A program made the position numbers and the translations under genes. DNA of 64,000 nt from the human T2T-CHM13v2.0 reference genome, Homo sapiens, in NCBI RefSeq assembly GCF_009914755.1, contig NC_060937.1. One strand, given 5' to 3'. Of the stretch, positions 16,806 to 53,070 are shown one piece after another; position 1 is the stretch's first letter, and every line of letters starts with the position of its first letter. Below the pieces are notes generated by a model that saw only the letters and a list, made by a program, of their open reading frames with translations, did not search any database and had not been told where the DNA came from.

Positions 16806-17790
16806 AGCAAAAGAAACTCTCAGCAGAGTAAACAAACAATCTACAGAAAGAGAAAATATTTGCAACTCATGCATCCAACAGAGGATTAATATCCAGAATT
16901 TATAAGGAACCTAAATAAACCCGGAAGAAAAAGCAACTCCATTAAAAAGTGGGCAAAGGACATAAACAGACACTTTTCAAAAAGAGACAGACAAGCAGCC
17001 AACAAACATAAGAAAAAATACTCAACATCAGTAATCATCAGAGAAATGCACAATGAGATACTACTATCTCACACCAGTCAGAATGGCTATTATCAAAAAG
17101 TCAAAAAATAATAGATGTTGGTGAGGTTGTAGAGAAAAAGGAACACTTATACACTGTTAGCGGGAATGCAAATTAGTTCAGCCACTATGAAAAGCAGTTT
17201 GAAGATCTCTCAAAGAACCAAAAACTGAACGACCATTTGACCCAGCAATTCCATTACTGGGTATATACCCAAAAGAAAATAAATCATTCTTCCAAAAAGA
17301 CATGTACTCGTGTGTTCATCACAGCACTATTCACAGTAGCGGAAATGGAATCAACATAGATGTCCATTAACAGTGGATTGGATAAAGAAAAATGTGGTAC
17401 ATATACACCATGGAATACTATGCAGCCATAAAAAAGAACAAAATCATGTCCTTTGTTGTAACATGGACGCAGACAGAAGCAGTTATCCTAAATGAACCAA
17501 TGGAGAAACAGGCAACCAAATATCACATGTTCTCCTTGATAAGTGGGAGCTAAATCTTGGGTTCACTTGGACCTGAAGATGGGAACAATAGACACTGGGG
17601 ACCCCAAAAGAAAGAAGGGAGGGAGGGAGGGATGGAGGAAGGGCTGAAAAACTTCCTATCGTGTACTATGTTTACTATCTGGGTGATGGGAGCAATAGAA
17701 GCCCAAATTTCAGCACCACGCAATATACTCTTGTAAAAAACCTGCACGTATACCCCCTGAATGTAAAATAAAAATGGAAATTAAAAAATA
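16806..17790 (+). mobile_element. L1 (L1PB-like) ORF2 end and 3'UTR
   Basis: ctcacaccagtcagaatggctattat, gacccagcaattccattactgggtatataccc, ataagtgggagctaaa. Confidence 0.9.
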
Positions 17791-17798
17791 GATTGTGC

Positions 17799-18240
<442 letters not shown>

Positions 18241-19517
18241 AGTTTAAAAAATAATAAATGCTTGAGGTAACAGATACCCTAATTACCCTGATTTGATCAT
18301 TACACATTGTATGCTTGTATCATAATATCACATCAACCTCATAAATATGTATAGCCAATATGTACTCATAATAATTAAAATTTAAAAAAAAATTTTAAGA
18401 TTGTGCTTTGTTAATTTTTGTTCTGTTCAGTACCCAGGACAAGGCGTGGTATATGGTTGACTGAATTTGTTGCTTACAATATGGAAAATAATTGATGTTA
18501 TCTGCATAAGCAGATATACTATAAAAGCTGAAAAAGCTTGAGCTTCAGGGCCCCAAAGATTTGTAAAAATAAGACAGGTTTACTGCAATTAGTTAAAAAT
18601 GTTATTTCCACTTTGACTTACCCTCCATTACATCTGACTTCAAGTCAGTGAGATTGGATAGGTTACCAATATTTTGGGGACTGGATTTAGGGGAAGTTGA
18701 GTTAGGGTGCATTTAGACTGGGTTGTATATTTTTGTGATTGACATTCGCTTTGATATATATTTCTGTCAAAGTGTAGGAATAACTTTCAGGAATCCTTCT
18801 GCCCACTTTAAAGGACATATCCTAGGTGGTGAAATAAGGGTGCAAAGTCAGGGGCTACATCCCAACATGAAAGCCTCCTACAGTGTCCAGGACCAAAGGA
18901 TTGTGCAAAGAGAGGAGAAACAGGGCTTGAAATGTACAGTATGAGAAACTGGTAGGCAGAAAAAGGCTTCTTTTCATCAGGTGTGTACAATTATAAGCAG
19001 GTAACTCTTTCTGTACAGCATCTAGTCAAAAAGGATGTTCCCTTCTGTCAAGAATATACTCAAAAGAGCAGAGCATGAACTATCCATTTACTAGTCTTTC
19101 TTTTTTGATGGGAATTGCATGACATAAGGTTCACCAGAATTTTTGTGTTTGCGCAGTATAAACCCATACCAATACCACAAACAGCAAGGACATCTGTATG
19201 TGAAGTCACACATTTTATGCATCCCAACCTATTGGTTTTCACCTTACCATATCTGATGTATCCCTTTCTGATGAAGTCTGGTGGTTCCTGATGAAATGGT
19301 ATGCAAAATTGCCAGAATCAGTAAAAGTGCCTGAACTTTCTAAATTGCTAATGATAAATAACAAATTTCAATCTATCATTGGAAGATTGGATTACTTTCT
19401 ATCTTTATATAAAAACACTTCACGAGGAAGCCATTGGATGTTATATGATTGTATTTTTCACAGAATATCACAATAGCGACCAGCTGTCCACTTCAGAGGA
19501 GTTTAGCTATGGTAATG

Positions 19518-40511
<20,994 letters not shown>

Positions 40512-41024
40512 TTACCTTTAGATTTAAGAAAATGCAGCATAGTATATGAAAACAGATCAGCATAGAGATAAATTGGAAAATCATTATCCATATTACAAAA
40601 CAATTCATTACCTAGTTCTTCTCACTTAATAAACTAATCGACGGAAAAAGTGAAGTAAATCAATTATATATCTCAGAGACTATACCTCAGCATCTCTAAA
40701 AGTCTATTTTTGACAAGATTGGGTCAAAGTTGCTGGATTAAGATTATATTATTTTACAAGGAATATCTTTTCTGTTCTCTATATGAAAGTTTTCACTAAA
40801 AGAAAACATTCTTATGGAAATGTAATAGGTACAACAGAAGAATACCAATAGTATAAACTAGCTGTCTATAGATAAATCCAGATTATGTTAACAGTTCTTT
40901 GAGATCAAAAGAAAAGCCTACATTTTAGGGAAGCACGTCTCAGTACAATTTTGGGCCGGAGTACTGATCATGGATGATGTGAACTTGCCAACACCCATGT
41001 ACCTCAAATGATTAGTCTCAGTCT

Positions 41025-41406
41025 AAGAAGTGCTCAGACCAACAGCATCAACATCTTCTGGTGTGATGGTTAATTTTATTTGTCAGTTTGGCTGGGCAGT
41101 GATGCCCAGAGATATGGTCAAACATTATTCTGGATGTTTCTCCCAGGGTGTTTTGGATGAGATTAACATTTGTATCAGTGAACTGTGAGAAAAGCAGATT
41201 GTTCTTCCTAATGTGGGTGGGCATGATCCAATCAGTTAAAGGCCTGGATAGAACAAAAGACTCATACCTCAACCCCCTGACATACTCCAGCAAGAGGAAA
41301 TTCTGTCAGCAGACAGCCTTTTGACTTAAACTGCACACTTTAGGCTTGCAAGTCACCACAATTGCTTAAGCCAATTATTTAAAATAACTGTCTTACTCTC
41401 TCTCTT

Positions 41407-41443
<37 letters not shown>

Positions 41444-41625
41444 CCTACTGGTTCCGTTTCTCTGGAGAACCCTAACAATACACCTGGAAACTTATTTGAA
41501 ATGCATATTCTTTGGTCCCATCCCAGCACTGTGGAATCTGACGTTTTGAAGGTGGGGTCAAAAAATCTGAGCTTTAATAAACTCTCCAGCTGATTCTGAT
41601 ACATGATAAATTTCGATAGTCACTG
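41025..41625. mobile_element. MER5A-like hAT element split by the MLT2 LTR
   Basis: cagaccaacagcatcaacatc / ctggaaacttatttgaaatgcatattc...gctgattctgat. Confidence 0.7.
41062..41482 (+). mobile_element. MLT2 (ERVL) solo LTR containing a (CA)n tract
   Basis: tgtgatggttaatttta ... tctctggagaaccctaacaataca; near-TSD tctgg/cctgg. Confidence 0.9.
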
Positions 41626-41843
41626 TTTGATGCATGAGCAAGCCTAAAATCAAAAACTGAAATGCATATAAAATAGGTCAGATAATTCTAGTAGCTATTT
41701 GTTTGGAGAGCACAGATTATCTCTTACTTTACTGTAAGTGTGACTTTACTTTTAAATAACCCTCAATCAAAATAGTGAAGGCAGTATATGAAATCCATCA
41801 TGATCTACCCAACCACAAAAATTATTTGTGCTAAATGATTACT

Positions 41844-42561
41844 TGTAGAACTGAGAAATAAAAATGAAATGCTAAGTCCCACAAATGACTGAATGGACAT
41901 CCTCTTGACCAAGGGGACCCCAAAGGAATCTTGAAAAATGAATTCCTGACCATAATGGGATGGGAGGTCAGACAGGCCTTATTATACCACCTCCCTGCCT
42001 CGCTACCATTAGGCTTTCTTTCCTAAGGGTAAACAGAACAGCCCTTTGGAAAGGCTTGCACCACCCTTGATATCAACCAATGACCAGATGCTGCCCCTCC
42101 CTTTCGCCTTCAACAAAGCAACCAGCCAGCATTCCTTCCTGATAAGAGACTACCAACCACAGAGTGGTTCTGCCCAGTCTAGGAAGGATGTGCAGTGGGG
42201 GTTTTCATGTCCCCTGCTTCACCTTTTGATGTCAGAGGACCAAAAACTCCACCCTCGGATCATGCTAAAGCTGCCATTTTTTGAACATGAGTTCCATGGA
42301 GAGGAATGAAGCTCAATTGCTCATGCACACATTTCTCCTTTCATAAATATTCATGACTCCTCCTACAGCTTATTGACTATGAGTATTATCCACCTCGTTC
42401 AGCATGATTTCCTGTCTTATTCTTCCTGCCCTCCAATGGCCTGTTTCTGGCTTCTGACAGGAGGCTACACTTCCCAGTCTGTCAGAATGGCTACCCTGCA
42501 GGCTGCAACCTTTTATGAGCGCCATCATTCTTTTCAAAACACCATCATTCTTCAGTTGACA
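41844..42561 (+). mobile_element. ERV1-class solo LTR (MER39-like)
   Basis: tg...ca termini; gactgaatggac..ccaaggggacccca..gggatgggaggtcagaca. Confidence 0.75.
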
Positions 42562-42738
42562 CAATGAAATCTCATTAATCTGGATTTGGTTAATTAGAAT
42601 TTGGGGTATTTTAGGCTACACTAATGATTTTGTTTTTTCATCGATAACACAAAAATATTAGGTAAATATTTAAAATATGTTAGTTTTCAAGTTCTCTCAA
42701 ATTTTAGAGCACTTATTAACCTCTAATATATAGGCTAT

Positions 42739-43750
42739 TTTATGGGCTGAATTGTGTTTCTCTAAAATTCATATGTTGAAGTCCTAACCGTAGTACCTCA
42801 GAATGTGACCATATTTGTAGACGTGGCCTTTAAATAGGCTATTAAAGTTAAATGAGGTCATATGGGTAGGCCTTAATCCATATTTGGAGATAAGGCCATC
42901 AAAAGATGATTAAATTAACTGATGTTAGTTAACTTATTTATAACTGATTAAATTAACTTATTTAGAGTGGGGCCCTAATCCAATATGACTGGTGCCCTTG
43001 TAAGAAGAGGAAATTTGGACACAGAGACACCATGGACATGCATATACAGAGAAAAGAGCATGTGATGCACATGCGTGTTTATTGCAGCAATATTTACAAT
43101 AGCAAAGACATGGAATCAACCCAAACACCCATCAATGATAGACTGGATAAAGAAAATGTGGCACATATACACCATGGAATACTATGCAGCCATAAAAAAG
43201 AATGAGTTAATGCCCTTTGCAGGGACATGGATGAAGCTGGAAACCATCATTCTCACCAAACTAACATAGGAACAGAAAATCAAACACTGCATGTTCTCAC
43301 TCCTAAGTGGGAGTCTAACAATGAGAACACATGGACACAAGGAGGGGAACATCACACACTGGGTCCTGTCAGGGAGGTGAGGGGCACAGGGACGGAGAGC
43401 ATTAGGACAGACAAATACCTAAAGCATGCTGGGCTTAAAACCTAGATGACGGGTTGATAGGTGCAGCAAACCACCATGGCACATGTATACCTATGTAACA
43501 AACCTGCACATACTGCATATGTATCCCAGAACTTAAAGTAAAATTAAAAAAAAAAAAAAGAAAAGAAAAAAAAAAGAAAAGAGCATGTGAGGACACAGCA
43601 AGAAAGTGGCCATCTGCGAGTCAAGGAGAAACACCTCAGGAGAAACCAAGCCTTTCAGCCTCCAGAACCATGAGAAAATAAATTTCTGTTCTTTAATGCC
43701 ACCTAATTTGTGATACGTTGTTATGGCAGCCCCAGCAATCTACTACAGAC
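42739..43750 (+). mobile_element. MLT1-type MaLR LTR split by an L1 insertion
   Basis: tatgggctgaattgtg ... ttgttatggcagcc. Confidence 0.85.
43066..43575 (+). mobile_element. 5'-truncated L1PA with 15-bp TSD gaaaagagcatgtga
   Basis: L1PA 3' end with poly-A; TSD at 43051-43065 and 43576-43590. Confidence 0.95.
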
Positions 43751-43979
43751 TGTATACACATCTTTGTTATCTGCCCATTACTTTTAGTATATAGTCTTTG
43801 GTAGTAAAGTCTATTCTTCAACTAAGACAAAATTTTGCGTTGGATGATCATGATGTCTACTCTCCAACACCTGTTCTACCTCAGATTATTAGGCTCAGTC
43901 TAATATAGTAATCCCATTTATGAGTGATTAGTTTAGGAATGGGCATGATCTAATCCTAATATAAGAAAATGCTGAAGCA

Positions 43980-44278
43980 GGCTGGGTGGGGTGGCTCACG
44001 CCTGTAATCCCAGGTCTCTGGGAGGCCGAAACAGGTGGATCACTTGACATCGGAGTTTGAAACCTAGCCAACATGGTGAAACCCCAACTCTAGTAAAAAT
44101 ACAAAAAGTAGCTGGGCATGGTGGCATGCACCTGTAGACCCAGCTACTCGGGAGGCTGAGGCAGGAGAGTTGTTGAACCCAGGAGATGAAGGTTGCAGTG
44201 AGCCGAGATTGTGCCATTGCACTCCAGCCTGGGCAACAGAATGAGACTCCATCTCCAAAAAAAAAAAAAAAAAAAAAA
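43980..44278 (+). mobile_element. Alu (AluS-like)
   Basis: Alu consensus. Confidence 0.95.
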
Positions 44279-45414
44279 CCCTGAAGCAAACCATTTCCCA
44301 AAATCCAATAATCCAATGTAAGATCAGCAGTTTGCTTTGCTCACTGAGACTATGCCTGGTCAGCACAGTTCTCTAATTTCTCATGTCACCTCCTGACATA
44401 TAATTTATTTATTATGTTGTCATTTATTGTCTGACCCTGTCTCACCCCCACACCCTGTTTTGTTTGCTGATGAGTCTCAAGGGCCTACAGCAATGCCTGA
44501 CACAGAGTAGGCAATCAATAAGTATTTGCTGAATGACCATCTCTACCTCCAGGCTTCTGATTGCTAACAACAAACTGACCCAACTCTTTCCTCAATTTCA
44601 GTGAGAAAAAAATCCCTCATACACAAACCACTCATATATGTTTAAAATCATGTGACTGATTTTAGTGAAGACTTGGAAGCAGAAGCAGGAGAGAGTTGAC
44701 TACAGCCATGCATAGGGTTCCCATTTAAACATTAGGTACGTCTCCCCATTTGTGAGATGTCCTTTGGCCTCTCCCCACCAAGGAATCTTAATTGGCCTTT
44801 GAGATTTTAAAAACAACTCCTCATTCTCTAGGAAAAGAGTAACAGTTCTAGAGCCATGGTAACCAATAGCAGAACCAGTTGTAAATCAATCAATGGCAAT
44901 CCTATAGTCATAGTAACAAATAAACAGAGTCTTCTTTTAAACTGTTTTATCTATCAACGATAACTCCCTTCAGGAAATGCACTTCTGAAACCAACCAGTC
45001 AGTGACAAGTTTAAGCTTTGAAAGTCAGGTGGTTGGTGGCAGACTCTCACTCAAGCATGCATCTATGGGTAAGGCCAACCCTAAAACAAACCATACCCCA
45101 AAATCTGATATAAGGTCAGCCATTTGCTTTGCTTACTGAGACGATACCTGGTCAGCTCGGGTCCCCGGATTTCAGATACTGAGTGGTGGTCTCATCCTTT
45201 ATGCCACTCAGTCCTAAGCCTCACACCACTACACCTGAAACTCCCTCTGTTCTGCTCCTCTCTGCCCCCCCAGCTACCCCCTTTCTCCTTTGTCTCATTT
45301 CATAAGCAAGATAAAATCCACTCCATCTCTAATGCAGTAGATTTTAACCATTCTGATGCTTAGCTTCGGCCAATATACCCTTCTATTTCAAAATAATTTA
45401 TTAAGATGCTGTCC

Positions 45415-45850
45415 CACTATTTCCAATAGCAAAGACATGGAACCAACCCAAATGCTCATCAATGATAGACTGGATAAAAAAAATGTGGTACATATACATC
45501 ATGGAATGCCATGCAACCATAAAAAGAATGAGATCATGGCCTTTGCAGGGACATGGATGAAGCTGGAAGCCACCATTCTCAGCAAACTAACACAGGAACA
45601 GAAAACCAAACACCGCATGTTCTCACTCCTAAGTGGGAGCTGAACAATGAGAACACATGGACACAGGGAGGGGAACAACATATACCAAGGCCTTTTCGGG
45701 GATGGGGGACGAGGGGAGGAAACTTAGAGGACAGGTCAATAGGTGCAGTAAACCACCATGGCACACGTATCCCTATGTAACAAACCTACACGTTCTGCAT
45801 ATGTATCCTGGTTTTTTTTTTTAGAAGGAATTTTAAAAAATTAAATGAAA
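45415..45850 (+). mobile_element. 5'-truncated L1PA 3' end
   Basis: caatagcaaagacatgg...ctcagcaaactaacacaggaacagaaaaccaaacaccgcatgttctcact. Confidence 0.9.
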
Positions 45851-45924
45851 TAAAATTATTTGAAGGTGTCAATGGTTAAAAATTAAAAAAAACTATGTTC
45901 ATAGTTCTTTTCCCAAAAAAAGTT

Positions 45925-45945
45925 TATATATATATATGTATACAC

Positions 45946-45997
<52 letters not shown>

Positions 45998-46277
45998 TTT
46001 TTTTTTCCTTTTGAGCTGGAGTCGCTTCGTCTCCCAGGCTGGAGTGCAGTGGTGCAATCTCGTCTCACTGCAACCTCTGCCTCCCAGGTTCAAGCCATTC
46101 TCAGCCTCCCAAGTCATTGGGATTACAGGCGCATGCCACCACAGCCGGTTAATTTTTGTATTTTTAGTAGAGATGGGGTTTCACCATGTTGTCCAGGCTG
46201 GTTTCGAACTCCTGACCTCAGTGATCCGCCCACCTCGGCTTCCCAAAATGCTGGGATTACAGGCGTGAGGCACCGTG
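45925..46277 (-). mobile_element. Alu with an adjacent (TA)n/(TG)n microsatellite at its tail
   Basis: Reverse Alu consensus; TG tract at about 45953-45990. Confidence 0.9.
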
Positions 46278-46421
46278 TTACACATACTATTTCAACTATT
46301 CTTCATGATATTCCTAAGAGGTAATTCTTCTAATCCTTAGTTCGAAAAAAAAAAAAATGGAGGTATAGTGAGTTTAAGTCATTAGCCCAAGGCCATGCCA
46401 TCATTAAGAGGTAGAACTACA

Positions 46422-46788
<367 letters not shown>

Positions 46789-47469
46789 TCACCATAATAT
46801 GCTGCTGCCACAGGAGCCATATCTTTTCTCTAATCCTTTTTCTTCAACACCACCCCCTAACCTCTTCTTCTCCATGAATTTCCCTTAACGCCCCCTAGAA
46901 AGATGCCACCCGAGGATTAACTTCTGTCTAGGCAGGAAGGGAATAATAGGACACGGGGATGGAAAATCTTTAAAGTGTCCTTGATTCTGAAGCTGAAAAT
47001 CCTTTTTTTCTCCATGTCTTCTTGTGAATTCCTCTTGCCTGTTAATCCTCTGGTTTTGAATTACATGTGAACCTTGGGTCACCATGCACACCTAAGCCCT
47101 CTAATATCTCAAATGCTGAATCTTGGTCTGTCCATTTGGACTTATTCTGATTGCACTACTGACATGCTGTAGCTTGTGCTGGCATTCCTGTTTCCAACTG
47201 GCCCTCACAAGGGTTCTACCTACTCACACCTCCAGATATTGTTACAGCTTCCCAAGACACTCACCTGAGAACTAGTGTTGCTAGTACCCAATACAACAAT
47301 ATAGCAACCAGATTAAATGAATAAAGCCCTTTTATACCTGACAAATGAAAGAAATTAGACGAACATCAAGTAATCCTCTGATTCACACAGCGACTAGTCA
47401 CACAGTGACTAGTGATCTAGCTGAAACACAAAACTGCCACTCTTATGTGTAACCACCACTAGTGGTTAT

Positions 47470-47945
47470 TATCTACAGAATTGAATCCAGGTCTTAACAT
47501 GGTATAGAAAGCCGTTTATGACCTGACTCCTACCTACCTCTTCACATTCATCTTCCACTACTTCCTGACTCAACCTCAACATTCCAGCAACTCTGAAATA
47601 ATAGTAATTTCTTGCACATTGCTGCTGTTTCTGTTCATGTCCTGGAATGTCTTTCTTATCCTCCTAAACCTCTGTCCTTTTCGGGCTAATGTTCATTCAT
47701 CCTTTAAAATTCAGCTCCAGGATAACATTCTTCGTGAAGCCATTCCCAATGCCCTAGGCTGGCTTAGGTATCTCCTAAATATATTAATATTTCTGTCACT
47801 GTGTCACCATACCACAAGGCAACTTTCCTGTATGTATACATCTTCTCCACAAGAATATAAGCTTCTTGAGAACAGAGACTATATTATGGTTTGAATCCCA
47901 GTGTTGGCGTCCACTATATTGTAGATATCTAATAATTGTTGAATG
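47470..47945 (+). mobile_element. L2 3' relic
   Basis: cctggaatgtctttc, ataagcttcttgagaacagagac, aataattgttgaatg. Confidence 0.7.
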
Positions 47946-48447
47946 GATTTCAATTAAAACAATTAAAATATTGATAGCATCAAGAGTTGTGATTATGTCA
48001 GTATTTAATCCCTAGCACGGAGATAACTTTACAATTCTGATAAATTCTGATTTTACAAACTCCTTTCATGTCACTCATGCAGCACCTAGCTCAGTGTTTG
48101 CTTGGTCCACAGTAAGTGCTAAATAAATATCTTTTCAGTTGAAATATAAGAACTGGTGTGTTGGAGAGAGAGTTAGAGTAGGAAAGCAAGTCACTTATCC
48201 TCTTCAAGCTTTATTTTCCTCATCTGTAAGAAACTACCTGCCTCGAAGGATAATTTCAATAATATACGAAAAGTCCTTAACACAGCTTGGAGCATAGCAA
48301 CAATTTAAAGTAAATGTTAGATTGAATCATGATATTGAACAGCTAGGAAAACCCTTCTCTGAAATTCAGAAGTAAAGGCAATTTTGAATAGAACACAGCC
48401 AACCTATTTCATTTAGCTTCAAAATATTTTTGTGATATATCACATAC

Positions 48448-48490
48448 CTTTCTCCTGAAGATGAATTAATAACTGACCAATTCTCTGGAG
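48448..48490 (-). CDS. CCDC168: CCDC168 coding exon 3 (43 nt; APENWSVINSSSGE)
   Basis: Acceptor ttcAG at 48492-48491, donor GTATGT; phases 1/2 fit the neighbouring exons. Confidence 0.92.
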
Positions 48491-48580
48491 CTGAATAGGA
48501 ATAAAAAAGTCACAGTATCAATGAGAAAAGCTCAGGATGAACAAGTTTTATATTAAAATGTGAAATTGTATAATACTTAC

Positions 48581-48614
48581 CAAGTTTCCTGCTTTTGGGG
48601 CAACTGTCTTCCGT
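48581..48614 (-). CDS. CCDC168: CCDC168 coding exon 2 (34 nt; TEDSCPKSRKL)
   Basis: Acceptor atAG at 48616-48615, donor GTAAGT; phases 0/1. Confidence 0.92.
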
Positions 48615-48724
48615 CTATTTTAATGGAAAAAAAATTGTTAGAGGAGTAATCGGAGTATCAAAATTCAAAAATTTTACAAATTATTCTTATGTCTGATTTT
48701 GAAAACTAGGAAAAGGGGAAATCA

Positions 48725-49021
<297 letters not shown>

Positions 49022-50060
49022 TCAGAGGCCCTGAAATATAAAACCTCGGTATGCCCAACTCATAACCATGTGCAACATTTGGCCAGTGCTGCTGGTATCT
49101 TATCAAGTGCAGCAGTGATTGCTCTGGGCCTAAGTTAAGTGAGGTACGTGTCATAGTGGGTATTTAACTGAGCTCATATTAGCTTTAGCAATAATGGAAG
49201 TTCATAGGTAAGATATGTACACTGTATAAGTAGTTTTTTACTAAAATTCAAAAAATTACCTTCTCTTAACTTCATAGATAGCAACATAATTCTATCATGG
49301 ATTGTTGCTGCCCTATTATAAATATAGAATAAATTTGGATTGGTAGAAAGCATTTGACATAACCATTTCTATTAACACCAGGAACAATGTATTTTATGCT
49401 TCTTTGTGGTAAGGAAAATATAGTCCTTTCTTAGAATGAATATAGATAGAGTTGACAGGTTTAGCAAATAAAAACATTAGATGCCCAATTTAATTTGAAT
49501 TTCAGAGAAATGTCGAATAATTTTTTTGGTCTAAGTATGTCCCATTACAACTATGTAGAATGTATGATGACTTGTCTTTTATGAGTCTGATTTTTTTCTT
49601 AAAATAGAACACATTTTATATTTCTTTTTGCTAGCAGGGTCTGTTGGCACCATTTCCCTTCAACAATCTATTGACATGCTGAAAACTAAAGTGTCTTTGG
49701 AATAACCTCCTGGTGAATTTCCTTTTCATCCTGTCTACAGTGATTTCAGGGAGCTACTTGTGATGTCCTTTCCGATGTCAGAATTAAGGGTAGGGCAGAG
49801 GCAGATGTAAGTACAGTACTGCCCACTCCCCTTCAAAGTCTAGTGGGTAGGCCTGGAAGCTTATTGAGCAAATATGATTTTAGTCACAAGTAGACAGGAT
49901 AGTCTGGACTAATAATGAAAAATGTTAACACTACCTTGGATTTAGAGTACTCTTCCTTTGAAGGTGTAATTAATTAATACTTCCTTTGCAGATGTAATTC
50001 ATTAATGCTTCACTTTGGTTTTGTTTTAGTACTTCACTTATCCAAGGTAGGTTAAGCAAA

Positions 50061-50105
50061 GAAGTATTATTCATTACACTGAAGTATTATTCATTACACT
50101 GAAGT
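50061..50105. repeat. Perfect 20-bp tandem duplication gaagtattattcattacact
   Basis: Seen directly. Confidence 0.95.
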
Positions 50106-50167
50106 GAACAGTTCAGGCCTCTTCTGTCACATCAGTTTAAATAAGTACAACAAAGATTTATGACTTC

Positions 50168-50490
50168 AGCTGGGCGAAGTGGCTCATGCCCGTAATCCCA
50201 GCACTTTGGAAGGCTGAGGTGGGTGGATGGCTTGAGCCCAGGAGTTTGAGACCAGTACTAGGCAACATAGGTGGACCTCCATCTTTACCAAAAATTTAAA
50301 AATTAACCAGGCATAGTGGTGTGCACCTGTAGTTAGTCTCAGCTACTTGGGAGTCTGAGGTGGGAGGATTGCCTGAGCCTGGGAGTTGAAGGCTGCAGTG
50401 AGCCATGATCCTGCCACTGCACTCCCATCCTGGACAACAAAGCAAGACACTGTTGCAAAAAAAAAAAAAAGAAAAGAAAAAGAAAAAAGA
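50168..50490 (+). mobile_element. Alu (AluJ-like)
   Basis: Alu consensus. Confidence 0.9.
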
Positions 50491-50702
50491 ATTATCAACT
50501 CTTACTGTCCCTGAACATTGGAGATCAAGAGATCAATGACATTCTAAATGTTGGAATTTACAGTCTTCCAGTCTCCTGGACCACAATGTACAGGTATTTC
50601 TAATCTTTATTTAAGTATAATTCTTATCTTGAATTTTGTCTTCGCAAAGAATCGCCCTTTAGAATGCTTGGTAGGTCTTCATTGGCTCTGAAAGAAACTT
50701 CA

Positions 50703-51125
<423 letters not shown>

Positions 51126-51238
51126 TTAAGCAGCTGGAAAAATACTGTTACTCTCACCTACTTGCAGAAACTCTCTAAATCATTTAATGGTAACTATCTT
51201 AAAAGGGATTCATTGTTTCAACATTTTCTTCTCTCTAG

Positions 51239-51361
51239 TTAATAGATCTTTCCAAGCTTTATGGTACTGAATCCCTAATTAGCATTCTACTGAAGAGCTC
51301 TTAAGGAACTGAAAAGGAACTGCTGCGTACCACTCCTGCTGATGGGTAGGTTTACATAGGG
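51239..51361 (+). ncRNA. Candidate exon of a plus-strand non-coding transcript
   Basis: Acceptor ttttcttctctctAG, donor GTAAGT, then an 85-nt intron with TACTAAC branch point and tttttcAG; stops in all frames. Confidence 0.45.
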
Positions 51362-52461
51362 GTAAGTATTATCCCTCTCCAGGGCTTTGTCATGTTTGTT
51401 ACTTATGTACTTGCTACTAACAAAAGTATAATTATCTATTTTTCAGCATAAATGCTTCTGTCTCTTGGACTAGAAACCTCTCAGACCAATGTCAAGTGAA
51501 CAGCATCAAAAGTAAATGCTAAGCAAGATTTACTTGCTTACAGAGTAAAAAGAAAAAGAGTATCAGAGAAAGCCTATTACAGTAGTAAAACATAGACACT
51601 ACGAGAAAACACAATGAAAATTCTATTAAAGTTTTTTTTAAAACTTCCTATTATATTTACCAATGTTACCATCTTTGAACTATCTTGACATTATGAACTT
51701 GGTTTTTGTTCTTTACTTAACAGGAAAAAGTCCCAATATTAGATATATAAAACAGCAACATAAAGCCAGATATTGTTCAAAATTGTTAGAAATTCTTTCT
51801 GTAAATATCTTAGTTTAATACATGTGTTGAATAATAAATGTGTAAAGCACTGAACAAGGAACAAAAACGTGCTTTAACACATTTTGTTAACGTTTTGTTA
51901 ACATCTTTGTTAACATTTAACAATGATGAGGAAAAAAAATCCCAAACTTGAAGGAATTTGTAATGTAAGTGAGATGGAGATATTAATAACTTAATGAGAA
52001 GGTAGAGTTCGGTTAACACAGAAAGGACGAAGATATTACAGGGGTTTGAGGTGAGATGCTTGGTTTGGGGTAATTTCAAGGAAATCTGCAAAGAGGGGAA
52101 AAAAATCCCCCCTACTCATTTGGATTTGGTAGCAGGCAAAGATGAACAAACAAAGTAGGAAGAAGAGTAAGAAATACTTCTTCCATTTTATAAACATTTA
52201 TATAGTCCATGTTAGCTATAGCACGGTTACAGGTGTGAAGTCTGGGAAAAGAAGGCTAAAATGTTGACAGAGCCCTACTGTGGAGCCATCTTCGGAGATC
52301 TAACAGTTTTTGAGTTGGAAGTACCAGCTGGTGTATCAAAGCAAGGTGACAATAAAATTGGAAAATCAATTAGGCTACTGCACTGATAGATGAGAATTGA
52401 TAAGGGTCTGAATTAGAGTAAAAGACTGAAACCCAGGATTTAGCAACTAAAAGAAAGCAAG

Positions 52462-53070
<609 letters not shown>

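Noticed and set aside
49037-49043. TATAAAA as a plus-strand TATA box
   Set aside because: The same bases form the minus-strand polypyrimidine tract before the 49031 acceptor; the sequence alone cannot separate the two readings
49952-50105. 28-bp imperfect and 20-bp perfect tandem duplications
   Set aside because: Ordinary slippage products with no functional signal
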